Shown: one piece after another, positions 20,250 through 29,066 of the stretch
How the letters are laid out: each line of letters starts with the position of its first letter
How positions within the stretch are numbered: the first letter of the stretch is position 1
Source: a virus
Taxonomy: Duplodnaviria > Caudoviricetes
Virus record (IMG/VR): IMGVR_UViG_2585427716_000002
Coordinates: 59,903 to 123,902 of that record
DNA length: 64,000 nucleotides
Direction: 5' to 3' (one strand)
Notes under the pieces: model-generated
The model's input: the letters and a program-made list of their open reading frames with translations, nothing else
Told to the model about the DNA's origin: nothing
Database searches by the model: none
Position numbers and translations under genes: made by a program

Positions 20250-20327
20250 TTTAACACCTCCTGGTATTTGTCACCGACCTGACAGAATTATAAGGAATAA
20301 ATAAAACACTTCTAACAACTGTGCGTA

Positions 20328-21788
20328 CTAGTCGCTAGAAGTGTTGTCACCGCTCTGCGGATCATTTGGTTGCCGCTCATCAGGAGATCCTTTAGGTTCC
20401 GATGTAGTGACCCCCAGCATTTCTTTATCAGGATCTGACGCAGCCTTAGTGCCGGTCACTTCAATACTGGCCTCGTCTTGAGTTACCCATCCGTTATCCC
20501 GTTTTTTCTGTGCGTTTTGAATCGCTATCTGTTCGAAATTAACCTTCTCCAGCTCTGTGCGGATCTCTGTGTCATTAAACTCAAAGAATACAAATCCCTG
20601 CATTCCGTGGATGTTAATAAGCTTTGTCAAAGCACGAGATAGAATAGATTCAATCATAAATTGAACTCGTTTTACTGACTTCATGAAGATTTTAATTTCA
20701 AGTTTAGCGTATTGCTCCGTCTGACCCTGGGATCGTCTACCCATCAACGTTGAATACTGCTTCAAGGCACCAAGGATTTGCGTATCAATGACAGCCATTA
20801 TTTTTTGAGGATCAAGCGTTGCGTTTGCCCCGTCTACCATATCAACTTCAACACTATCAAAATGAACGAATGCAGCGTCAGGGTCTAATTCTTGGTACAT
20901 GTTGATGATCAAGTCTAATTGCTCATTAAGCCACTGTTGCTTTTTCTTTTCGTTGTTACGGATCTGGATAGGCATTCGTTTTAATAAAACCTCTTCAACG
21001 ATTTTTATATCATATTTCCCGTAACCTTGATTATGGATGACCATTTTTATGTCTTCCATAACCTGCTGATGAAAAGCTAAAGTCTGTATCACTGATAGAA
21101 AGGGGGACGTTCCGTAAGGATCTACCTCAGATTCATCTAAACCTTCATGGAAAAAGGTAGGTATATCTAGCTTTACATTGTTTTGGTACGGAATAAGTCT
21201 GCCCTGTTCCACTTTGAAATCAATCGTGTCAGGGTCGACGTTGGCTAAAAACATCACATCTGTAAATTCACTGTCCATTACCATTTCCAAGGAGATTGCC
21301 CCTCGAACTAAAGCGGAATCAAACATTTGATCGATAAGCCTATCTAAGCTCCTAGACTTTTCAAAACCATCACTGCTGTAGAAATCCAGCTTTCTTATGA
21401 AATTATCAATTAGTTTTTGTCCTGATTCATGTTCCGATCTCCCGTCTAGCTTAGTTACCCTGGCAGTGTATCCTGAGTTACCTATAATTTTAAAGTTCCA
21501 AATCGCTTGGGATACGTCAGGGTGATTGTGCTTTAAAATAGACAAAAGACGCTTGGGGGAGTATCTTGTAAAAACGCTCTCGCTTAACTTCGTGTACTTA
21601 CCGTACCTGTACACGCTCCCCTCATCTAGAGTTTCTGTCTTCCTGCTACCACCAAACGCCTTGTTTGGAGTAGGCCTCTCTGTAGTCGAACTCTCTTGAC
21701 TAGAACTATATAAATTAGACACAAAGGGAGCGGAAACTACAGTAGCAGCCTTCGAAAAGAAATTTCTTACTCTATTTAAAAATGACAA
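20328..21788 (-). CDS. Portal protein
   Basis: 486 aa between TerL and protease; DPYGTSP and GWVTQDEA motifs. Confidence 0.82.
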   Translation of the reverse strand: MSFLNRVRNFFSKAATVVSAPFVSNLYSSSQESSTTERPTPNKAFGGSRKTETLDEGSVYRYGKYTKLSESVFTRYSPKRLLSILKHNHPDVSQAIWNFKIIGNSGYTARVTKLDGRSEHESGQKLIDNFIRKLDFYSSDGFEKSRSLDRLIDQMFDSALVRGAISLEMVMDSEFTDVMFLANVDPDTIDFKVEQGRLIPYQNNVKLDIPTFFHEGLDESEVDPYGTSPFLSVIQTLAFHQQVMEDIKMVIHNQGYGKYDIKIVEEVLLKRMPIQIRNNEKKKQQWLNEQLDLIINMYQELDPDAAFVHFDSVEVDMVDGANATLDPQKIMAVIDTQILGALKQYSTLMGRRSQGQTEQYAKLEIKIFMKSVKRVQFMIESILSRALTKLINIHGMQGFVFFEFNDTEIRTELEKVNFEQIAIQNAQKKRDNGWVTQDEASIEVTGTKAASDPDKEMLGVTTSEPKGSPDERQPNDPQSGDNTSSD

Positions 21789-22066
21789 ACTTCTCCACCA
21801 CCTTTCTTACAAATACCTAGAAGTTTAATACTAATCGGTAAACTACTTGGCAGAGTTCATTATAAGGACGATGACGTACAAATTAACAAGACACGTAAAA
21901 GAGACGAGCGAAGCGAAGTCTCGTTGGCGCAGCCAACACTTTTTACGTTTAACCTAGAAAGTCTGTAATATTGTTTATTTAGTATTTATATCTTTTTAAT
22001 TTTTTATATTTTATTTAATTAATATACTTCGGCCTCAAATTTTGGGTAACTGCAATTAAGTTAAGC

Positions 22067-22165
22067 TTAAAAAGTAGGTACCAAAAATGTTGTAATCAGC
22101 TACTGCTTTTAAATTAAAAAGTAGGTACCAAAAAATTTGTATTCAGTAACTGCTTTAAACTTAAA
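22067..22165. repeat. Two imperfect 47-bp tandem repeats (TTAAAAAGTAGGTACCAAAAA...ACTGCTTT)
   Basis: Units start at 22067 and 22114. Confidence 0.85.
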
Positions 22166-22232
22166 ATGTCTATTTCGCAACTTTTGCTATTTTGTAACGA
22201 TCATTAATTAGGTAATTCGAGTAGAAGGAGCG

Positions 22233-22589
22233 ATGACTTTGAATTCGGAAAATTTAGAGGTATCTAAGGTTGGGGAATTTTTTTACGAAAGCGAGTGTGG
22301 AAAGGTCCGTTCTATAAGGGCAGTAGAGGTTGTCGACGGCTCCGTTTTATTCCTTGCCCACGATATTGCAAAACACGTACTTGGAGTCAGTAACCCATTC
22401 AGCTTAACTAGGTCTGTTGACGACAGGAGCAAAGTAGAATTAGTGCTTACTTTTACAGAGGGACAGAACCCACAAAGATATATCCTAGTGGATCTTGAAG
22501 GCTTGCGTTGTATGGTTTACAGGGCAAGAAGCAGTGAGGTCAACAGGCTAGATTTTATCAATTGGGTAAAGCAAAAGAGCGTAAATTAA
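22233..22589 (+). CDS. BRO-N family DNA-binding protein (antirepressor-like)
   Basis: FLAHDIAKHVLG...VDLEGLRCMVYRAR...FINWV pattern; own CGCAACT promoter at 22176. Confidence 0.75.
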   Translation: MTLNSENLEVSKVGEFFYESECGKVRSIRAVEVVDGSVLFLAHDIAKHVLGVSNPFSLTRSVDDRSKVELVLTFTEGQNPQRYILVDLEGLRCMVYRARSSEVNRLDFINWVKQKSVN

Positions 22590-24280
22590 TACGCTCTACT
22601 TGCTCCAGCTATTGCAGGCATTGAATAATTCGTGTCATCGGCCGGGTCATCAGTCGCACATAGATACACCGCTGTAGCCCGAGCGTCACATGTATCTTTT
22701 TCACGATCTTTTTCATGATCTATTTTCGTACCGTTTACTAGTAGGATGTGCTTTAGGTTATCATTAGGATTATCCATTTTATCCTTACCTTCTTCATCCA
22801 AATCAAGAAGTTCCAAGTGACCTGTGTAGGCGAGATTTTTCAGCTGGGTGTATATAGCCAGTTGGAACGGATTGGAGAACACCTTATCCTCAGCTTCAAC
22901 TCCAAACTCCATTAACTTTTGAACCATAGCTCCTGAGTTGAATTTGTCCATGAGTGCTTTTTTTACATATACGATCTCGCAAATGGCTTCAACAACGTCA
23001 ATAGTATTCTGTACATTTACAGGCAATTTGTTTACCGTGTCTGGTTTCCATTTAATCAGTAAATCCTCTACGGGTTTGTTTCTTGGTTTAAGGACAGACT
23101 CCCCACCCTCTATCACTTCATCGTAGATAGTTTCTGCATGGAAAAGGGAAAGTGTGTACATATCCTTATCTATACCGCCATCGAGACCTAAATAGTATGT
23201 TTTTGATTGGTCTAACTCCAGCGTTCCCTTAAACAGCTCTACATTGTATCCGACAAAATGACGTTCCTCACCATTATCTAATGTAGTTGTAAGAACAGTT
23301 TGTTCTAAGATACATGGATCTCCTTTACCGACTTTGACACAATCGTCAATTCGTTCAGGGTACTGGAAGAAGCCTCCCCGTTGTTTAGGAGGGATACATT
23401 CGTAACGCATTCTACTGCCTTCAGGATCTTTTTTATAATCCATCTCTAGGTCTTCTCGTTTAATGTTAGTGTTAATTTCCCAGGAAGCCCCACGTGATGA
23501 AATTACCTCTTCAAAATCATCGTCCTGTCCTTGGTCGTACTTATACATCATAAAATCTTCACTGGACCGAGGGAAAGAGATGAACATCAATAGTGCCCTT
23601 TTACCGTAACGTGACATGGCAGACGATCTAATAGTGTCATAACAGAACTCCGCTAGCTCCCATTCAAAATCACCCACTTCGTCAAAAATTCCAACGAGGG
23701 GGTTGAAACCTTCAAAAGAACCAGCTTCTGAGTGCCCTGAGAAAGCCCGTATTTCATTGTAAAATACGATTGTATCCTTTTTCTCTTGGTATTCGTTATA
23801 GGCTAAAGGTTTGCGGTCGACCTTCTTAAACCACTTACACGATTTGAGTCGAGCCTTGAGCTTAGTGAAGAATACATTCTCTGCTTGTTTGGCGTTCTTT
23901 GCGAGGTTGATTATATCGATTGGTTCCCCTTGTCCGAAACCAAAGTACGCTTGAGGATTATTCATACAGTTCAGTCTGTAAGGGATATAAGAGACAATCC
24001 CTGAGATGATAAAGTCTTTACCTGAGCCTTTGCCCCACATGGCTGCAATTTCTGTGACTTTCTTTAATTTGTCATTCTCCGGCAATTCGTCTTTAGCCAG
24101 TATCTTTTCCACGGTATGCAAGAGTTCAGTCTGCTTACCGTCGAACGGTTTTTCTCCTAGAAAATCTATAAAAAACTCTACGAGTCCTACTGGCTTTTCA
24201 CGCCATAGGCCCATAGAGTTGTTTTCAGACTCGGCCATTGCAATGACGTCATCGAAAAGACCGCTTAGAAAATCACTCAT
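22586..24280 (-). CDS. Terminase large subunit
   Basis: Walker A WGKGSGKD, Walker B GIFDE, nuclease YLGLDGG and KDTCDA. Confidence 0.92.
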   Translation of the reverse strand: MSDFLSGLFDDVIAMAESENNSMGLWREKPVGLVEFFIDFLGEKPFDGKQTELLHTVEKILAKDELPENDKLKKVTEIAAMWGKGSGKDFIISGIVSYIPYRLNCMNNPQAYFGFGQGEPIDIINLAKNAKQAENVFFTKLKARLKSCKWFKKVDRKPLAYNEYQEKKDTIVFYNEIRAFSGHSEAGSFEGFNPLVGIFDEVGDFEWELAEFCYDTIRSSAMSRYGKRALLMFISFPRSSEDFMMYKYDQGQDDDFEEVISSRGASWEINTNIKREDLEMDYKKDPEGSRMRYECIPPKQRGGFFQYPERIDDCVKVGKGDPCILEQTVLTTTLDNGEERHFVGYNVELFKGTLELDQSKTYYLGLDGGIDKDMYTLSLFHAETIYDEVIEGGESVLKPRNKPVEDLLIKWKPDTVNKLPVNVQNTIDVVEAICEIVYVKKALMDKFNSGAMVQKLMEFGVEAEDKVFSNPFQLAIYTQLKNLAYTGHLELLDLDEEGKDKMDNPNDNLKHILLVNGTKIDHEKDREKDTCDARATAVYLCATDDPADDTNYSMPAIAGASRAY

Positions 24281-25050
24281 CTGCCACCTACCTCCCCTTC
24301 ATCTATAATCCCTAGATCAACAAGCAGATTGTCAGCCCCCTCTTCTGTAACTATGTCAGCTACGTCTTCGTAGGTGTAGCCCGCCTTTTCCAACCTACTT
24401 TTTTTAACTTGCAGTTCCATCGAAAACCCTGATTCTTCGTCAGCAATTTTAAAGGAATAAATAGGGTCATTAAAGTCCGTATCGCTACCTTTCTTACATC
24501 TGACATCCGATGAATAAAAGCAATCCATACAAACAGGTTCGTATACATCTAGATCACCTATTCTGATATCGGTAGTCTTGTCCTGACCTTTGTATCTAGA
24601 TATCCTAGCTGGTCTCCCACATCTTGTACATTTCCCTTTTAATTTAATGACTTCATCCGACTTAGCCATAACATCCCCAACTAACCCAAACGTAGTTCCC
24701 TCGGATGTAAGGTCCAATCCAAAGCAATAAACATCAATCCCCAATAGACAAATAGATACCAGGGAATGTACCAAGTCCGCTTGATCAAAGAATTGAATTT
24801 CATCTATGAGGATAGCTTGCTGCATGTCACCTCCATACTCAAAAATCTCTTCAATATTTTGTATTGGTTGGGCTGGTGCCATTTCTCCGTCCCTTGACTC
24901 AACACTAAAATTACCTGAACGGATGTCTTTAGTCGGTTTGAAAATTTTGACCTCCATCCCACTCTTTCTCAATCTCCTGTACAAATGAATCAATTTTTTT
25001 GTCTTTCCTGAACCCATTACACCTACGGTAGTTACTAGTTTTCCCGCCAT
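24277..25050 (-). CDS. tdk: Thymidine kinase with acidic C-terminal extension (start ATG 25050)
   Basis: GVMGSGKT, ILIDEIQFF, CTRC...YEPVCMDC zinc site. Confidence 0.9.
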   Translation of the reverse strand: MAGKLVTTVGVMGSGKTKKLIHLYRRLRKSGMEVKIFKPTKDIRSGNFSVESRDGEMAPAQPIQNIEEIFEYGGDMQQAILIDEIQFFDQADLVHSLVSICLLGIDVYCFGLDLTSEGTTFGLVGDVMAKSDEVIKLKGKCTRCGRPARISRYKGQDKTTDIRIGDLDVYEPVCMDCFYSSDVRCKKGSDTDFNDPIYSFKIADEESGFSMELQVKKSRLEKAGYTYEDVADIVTEEGADNLLVDLGIIDEGEVGGR

Positions 25051-25051
25051 A

Positions 25052-25645
25052 CTATAATCCTCCTTTAAGCAATTCACTTACGATGTGGCTATTCTCACGT
25101 TTTCCTTTCATTTTAGCTATAAAAGAGGGGAGAGCGTCGGGAGAAACCTCTTTCAAAGTCTTGATCACTTCTACAAGAAATTCTCTAACTACCTCCATGT
25201 CATACACTTCTTTATGAATTCCCTCTATCTGCTTCAAGGTCTCTCTCAATTCACTTGAAAGGGCCTTATATCCTTTAGGGTCAGGGAGCATACCTTCTTC
25301 TAATGCCATCATCTCCGCAGAGTCGATCATAAAAGTCAACCTCGCAGCCATGTCTTTTAGCGTACCTAGCATGTCAAATTCAGCACTTTCCATAACCATT
25401 TTTCTCATATGTTGGCGATTAGCTAAAAGAATCTCTTTTCTTACCTCCGGGTAATTCTTTGCAAAATCTGAAACGTTTTGGACGGAGATGAGGTCGCTCT
25501 CAGGCACATCGCCAATAGTATTTAATTCTTCTGCAACAGCCTTATAACTCATTTTCGGAGTAACTGTTAGAAGGTTGATCGCATGGGTCACTAGACCATA
25601 CTTTTCAATTTTACTTTGCGCTCCACGTTTTCTTAGCTCTCCCAT
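25052..25645 (-). CDS. Terminase small subunit (putative)
   Basis: N-terminal HTH-like region, helical body, upstream of TerL in the late operon. Confidence 0.6.
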   Translation of the reverse strand: MGELRKRGAQSKIEKYGLVTHAINLLTVTPKMSYKAVAEELNTIGDVPESDLISVQNVSDFAKNYPEVRKEILLANRQHMRKMVMESAEFDMLGTLKDMAARLTFMIDSAEMMALEEGMLPDPKGYKALSSELRETLKQIEGIHKEVYDMEVVREFLVEVIKTLKEVSPDALPSFIAKMKGKRENSHIVSELLKGGL

Positions 25646-25803
25646 CAATCCTCACCTTCTTCTTCCATAAGTTCTTCGACCAGCTTATCAAAAAGAGCAT
25701 TAACATTTCCTTTTGTATATTTTTCTGCAAGCTGTTCTACAAACTGTTTCTTTGTTGCAGTTGTTCGGATATAGAGTCTTTCATCCTTAGTTCCCACTGC
25801 CAC
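25645..25803 (-). CDS. 52-aa ribbon-helix-helix-like protein (not in the ORF track)
   Basis: GTG start; MAVGTKDERLYIRTTATKKQFVEQLAEKYTKGNVNALFDKLVEELMEEEGED*; TGA overlaps the TerS ATG; late promoter at 25848-25874. Confidence 0.65.
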   Translation of the reverse strand: MAVGTKDERLYIRTTATKKQFVEQLAEKYTKGNVNALFDKLVEELMEEEGED

Positions 25804-25942
25804 CAAAACCCCCTATCTAGATTACTTTAATGATTATTCACAATCAATATAAGAAAATTGTGCGTCTTTTTAACTTTTGTACGTCACTGCCGCAACTTTG
25901 GCCAGGCATACATCGATAACTAGGTTGTGGGAGGTGATTAGT

Positions 25943-26218
25943 TTGAACTTAGGGTTAGAGTTAGTGGTCTTGTTACTTATAGCATTGGCCGTTCGGGCTT
26001 TCCTTTTCGAAATTAAATTTCAATATACTCGGAATTTACTTCGTGAGAGTCATGAGTTATTTGAGATTTTCTTGGATTGCCCATTCTGTAACGGCTTTTG
26101 GACAGGGTTATTCGGATACCTGATCGTATTTGGTTTTGACTTAACACTTGTCCCATTTGCTATCCTTGTAGGTTCTTCGGCATATTACCTGAACCTTTTC
26201 ACAAAAAATCTGAAATAA
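25943..26218 (+). CDS. Small membrane protein, DUF1360-like (start TTG 25943)
   Basis: RBS GGAGGTG; LDCPFCNGFW motif; hydrophobic helices. Confidence 0.65.
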   Translation: MNLGLELVVLLLIALAVRAFLFEIKFQYTRNLLRESHELFEIFLDCPFCNGFWTGLFGYLIVFGFDLTLVPFAILVGSSAYYLNLFTKNLK

Positions 26219-26268
26219 TTGGGTAAAAGAAATGCAGGGTGGTATACCAATAAATACAACCTATCTAA

Positions 26269-26403
26269 AGGTTGTTAGTGGTGTTCACCCTTGACTAAGG
26301 CTCTGCTATCGCTTGCGGTTCGAATCCGTTAAAGTGCACGGGGTACGGCGATAGATATTCCCTCAGTCCTTCGGTTCGATTCCGAAAGCACCGTTAACGG
26401 TTT
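26269..26403 (+). ncRNA. tRNA-like structured RNA 1 (two T-loops, no anticodon)
   Basis: Closing helix 26274-285/26387-398 with G.U pairs; T-arm TTCGG-TTCGATT-CCGAA stacked on it; second T-loop hairpin GCGG-TTCGAAT-CCGT inside helix CTATCGCT/GGCGATAG. Confidence 0.7.
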
Positions 26404-26517
26404 ATCTGAGGTGCCCTTGGAGGGGAGTCTGAGTGAGGGGTGTAACTCTCAAAAAGTTCTCCTATATTTTCGAGTGCACTAGGGGTTTACTCCTTTCACC
26501 CTAGTGCACTGTTTCCT

Positions 26518-26614
26518 GGTTAGTCAACGGTGTAAAGCAGGGGTGACGGTTCAATTCCGTTTAAAGTGTGGTTCGCTTCCCTGCCAAGTGGTTCGACTCC
26601 ACATCTAACCACCA
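26518..26614 (+). ncRNA. tRNA/tmRNA-TLD-like RNA 2 ending in ACCA (two T-loops, no anticodon)
   Basis: Acceptor GGTTAG/CTAACC plus ACCA; T-arm GTGG-TTCGACT-CCAC; helix GCAGGGG/TCCCTGC enclosing GACGG-TTCAATT-CCGTT. Confidence 0.75.
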
Positions 26615-26660
26615 TTTCCCTTCTCAAGGGGCTGTCTGCCCCTCCTTTCAATAAACAAAG

Positions 26661-26710
26661 AAAATGCTCTATTACAGTGTTGCTCGCAGCTACTGTAATA
26701 GAGCATTTTT
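26661..26710 (+). terminator. Long hairpin terminator closing the ncRNA transcript
   Basis: AAAATGCTCTATTACAGT...ACTGTAATAGAGCATTTT perfect 18-bp inverted repeat with T-run. Confidence 0.8.
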
Positions 26711-26838
26711 ATTTACCGCAACAAACAGCCAACACGTAACGATCAATACAACGTATAAGACAAGTTGCAGTTAATTTGTTAATATTACGTGTTGCTTTCT
26801 TATAATATTGGTACTTAAATTTCAAAGGGGGCATTAAG

Positions 26839-28941
26839 TTGACGCAAGATAAAGTACCTAGTTGGATTAGATCCAACAACGAGATTATGGTCAAGAAGGA
26901 TGGACGGTTCCAATTCGACAAAGATGAAGAATCTGTGAGAAGCTATTTCGTAGATCACGTAAACCAAGAAACTGTTTTCTTCCACGATCTAAAAGAGAAG
27001 CTCGACTTTTTAGTGGAAAACGATTACTACGAGGAAAGCATACTTTCAATGTATACGCAGGATGAGTTGGTTGATATCTACAACCTAGCCTATGAAAAGA
27101 AGTTTCGCTTCCCCTCTTTTATGAGTGCGTTCAAATTCTATAACGACTATGCTCTCAAGACTAATGACAAAAAGAAAATTTTAGAACGTTATGAGGACCG
27201 TGTCGTAATTGTCTCACTATTTTTTGCAGACGGTGACGCTGAAAAAGCAAAAGACTATGTCCGCTTAATGATCAACCAAGAATATCAACCTGCAACACCT
27301 ACATTCCTCAATACCGGAAGAACAAGACGTGGTGAACTAGTCAGTTGCTTTTTATTAGAGGTTGGAGATTCACTTAACGATATCTCAAAAGCAATTGAAA
27401 CAGCAATGCAACTGTCTAAGTTAGGTGGAGGTGTTTCCCTCAACCTATCGAAAGTAAGGGCAAAAGGTGAAGCAATTAAAGATGTGGAGAATGCGACAAA
27501 AGGCGTCGTCGGGGTAATGAAGCTTCTAGATAATGCCTTTAGGTATGCAGATCAGATGGGGCAACGTCAAGGTTCGGGTGCCGCTTACCTAAACATCTTC
27601 CATAGAGATATTAACGATTTCCTTGATACTAAGAAAATATCGGCCGATGAGGATGTACGTGTTAAGACTCTTTCCATTGGAGTTGTCATTCCAGACAAGT
27701 TCGTTGAATTGGCGAGAGAAGATAAAGAAACGTACGTATTCTATCCCCACACAGTCTATAAAGAGTATGGTCAACATATGGACGAGATGGACATGAGCGA
27801 GATGTACGAAAAACTTGTTGAAAACCCTAAGGTCAAAAAAGAGAAAATCAACCCTCGTAAATTATTAGAGAAACTTGCCATGCTTAGATATGAGTCGGGC
27901 TACCCTTACATCATGTTCCAAGATAATGTGAACAGAGAACACGCTAATAACCATATTTCTAAGGTCAAGTTTTCAAACCTGTGCTCGGAAGTATTACAAG
28001 CGTCCAATGTTTCTACTTACACGGACTACGACGAAGAAGACGAGATTGGTTTAGATATTTCTTGCAATTTAGGGTCGCTGAATATCCTCAACGTAATGGA
28101 GAGAAAGTCGATTAAATCAGCGGTAAGGTTAGCTACAGACGCACTAACAAAAGTAGCAACTTCTACAGACATCCGAAATGCACCAGCAGTCAGACGTGCA
28201 AATAAACTTATGAAATCTATCGGATTAGGGGCAATGAATCTTCACGGCTACCTGGCTAAAAACGGTATCCCTTATGAGAGTGAAGAAGCCAGGGACTTTG
28301 CCAATACCTTCTTCATGATGGTTAACTTCTACTCTATCCAAAGATCTTCCGAGATTGCAAGGGACGAAGGTGAGACCTACCATGGTTATGAGGGTTCGAC
28401 CTACGCAACGGGCGAATACTTTAATAAATATCTTGAAAATGATTTCACTCCGAAGTCAGACAAGGTCAAAAAATTATTCGGCGGTATGGAAATTCCTACG
28501 AAGGGTGATTGGAAAGAGTTGAAGGATTTCGTCAGCCAGCACGGGATGTACCATAGCTATCGCCTATGTATTGCCCCTACCGGTTCAATCTCTTACGTAC
28601 AATCTGCAACAGCTTCGGTTATGCCTATCATGGAGCGTATCGAAGAAAGAACTTACGGTAATTCAAAAACTTATTATCCAATGCCGGGACTGTCACCTAG
28701 CAACTGGTTCTTATATAAAGAAGCCTATGACATGGATATGTTTAAAGTGGTGGACATGATTGCCACTATCCAGCAGCATGTCGATCAGGGCATTAGCCTA
28801 ACACTTTTCTTAAAAGATACGATGACAACACGTGACCTCAACAAAATTGACCTATACGCCCACCATAAGGGTATCAAGACAATTTACTATGCGCGGACAA
28901 AGGACACAACGCAAGAGGGGTGCTTATCATGCGTAGTTTAA
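26839..28941 (+). CDS. nrdE: Ribonucleotide reductase class Ib alpha subunit
   Basis: 700 aa; PATPTFLN, SNLCSE, C-terminal CLSCVV; no intron or intein. Confidence 0.97.
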   Translation: MTQDKVPSWIRSNNEIMVKKDGRFQFDKDEESVRSYFVDHVNQETVFFHDLKEKLDFLVENDYYEESILSMYTQDELVDIYNLAYEKKFRFPSFMSAFKFYNDYALKTNDKKKILERYEDRVVIVSLFFADGDAEKAKDYVRLMINQEYQPATPTFLNTGRTRRGELVSCFLLEVGDSLNDISKAIETAMQLSKLGGGVSLNLSKVRAKGEAIKDVENATKGVVGVMKLLDNAFRYADQMGQRQGSGAAYLNIFHRDINDFLDTKKISADEDVRVKTLSIGVVIPDKFVELAREDKETYVFYPHTVYKEYGQHMDEMDMSEMYEKLVENPKVKKEKINPRKLLEKLAMLRYESGYPYIMFQDNVNREHANNHISKVKFSNLCSEVLQASNVSTYTDYDEEDEIGLDISCNLGSLNILNVMERKSIKSAVRLATDALTKVATSTDIRNAPAVRRANKLMKSIGLGAMNLHGYLAKNGIPYESEEARDFANTFFMMVNFYSIQRSSEIARDEGETYHGYEGSTYATGEYFNKYLENDFTPKSDKVKKLFGGMEIPTKGDWKELKDFVSQHGMYHSYRLCIAPTGSISYVQSATASVMPIMERIEERTYGNSKTYYPMPGLSPSNWFLYKEAYDMDMFKVVDMIATIQQHVDQGISLTLFLKDTMTTRDLNKIDLYAHHKGIKTIYYARTKDTTQEGCLSCVV

Positions 28942-29066
28942 GTGATATGGCATTTAAGACGTGCGGTCGGGATTTAGATTATAACCCGACGTACGTAATC
29001 ATCAGCGAAAAAGGAACGTACTGCGATATCGCATGCGAAAATATAGAAGATATGGAGGACGAATAA
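28929..29066 (+). CDS. 45-aa Cys-containing ORF bridging nrdE and nrdF
   Basis: RBS GAGGGG; MRSLSDMAFKTCGRDLDYNPTYVIISEKGTYCDIACENIEDMEDE*; stop abuts the nrdF TTG. Confidence 0.4.
   Translation: MRSLSDMAFKTCGRDLDYNPTYVIISEKGTYCDIACENIEDMEDE

Noticed and set aside
22067-22165. CRISPR-like mini-array
   Set aside because: Only two units, the intervening parts are themselves similar, and there are no cas genes
26269-26614. Ordinary tRNA genes, tmRNA or intron-containing tRNA
   Set aside because: No 7-nt anticodon loop, no canonical D-arm, no G3.U70 or tag ORF, and the inserts are far too short for group I introns
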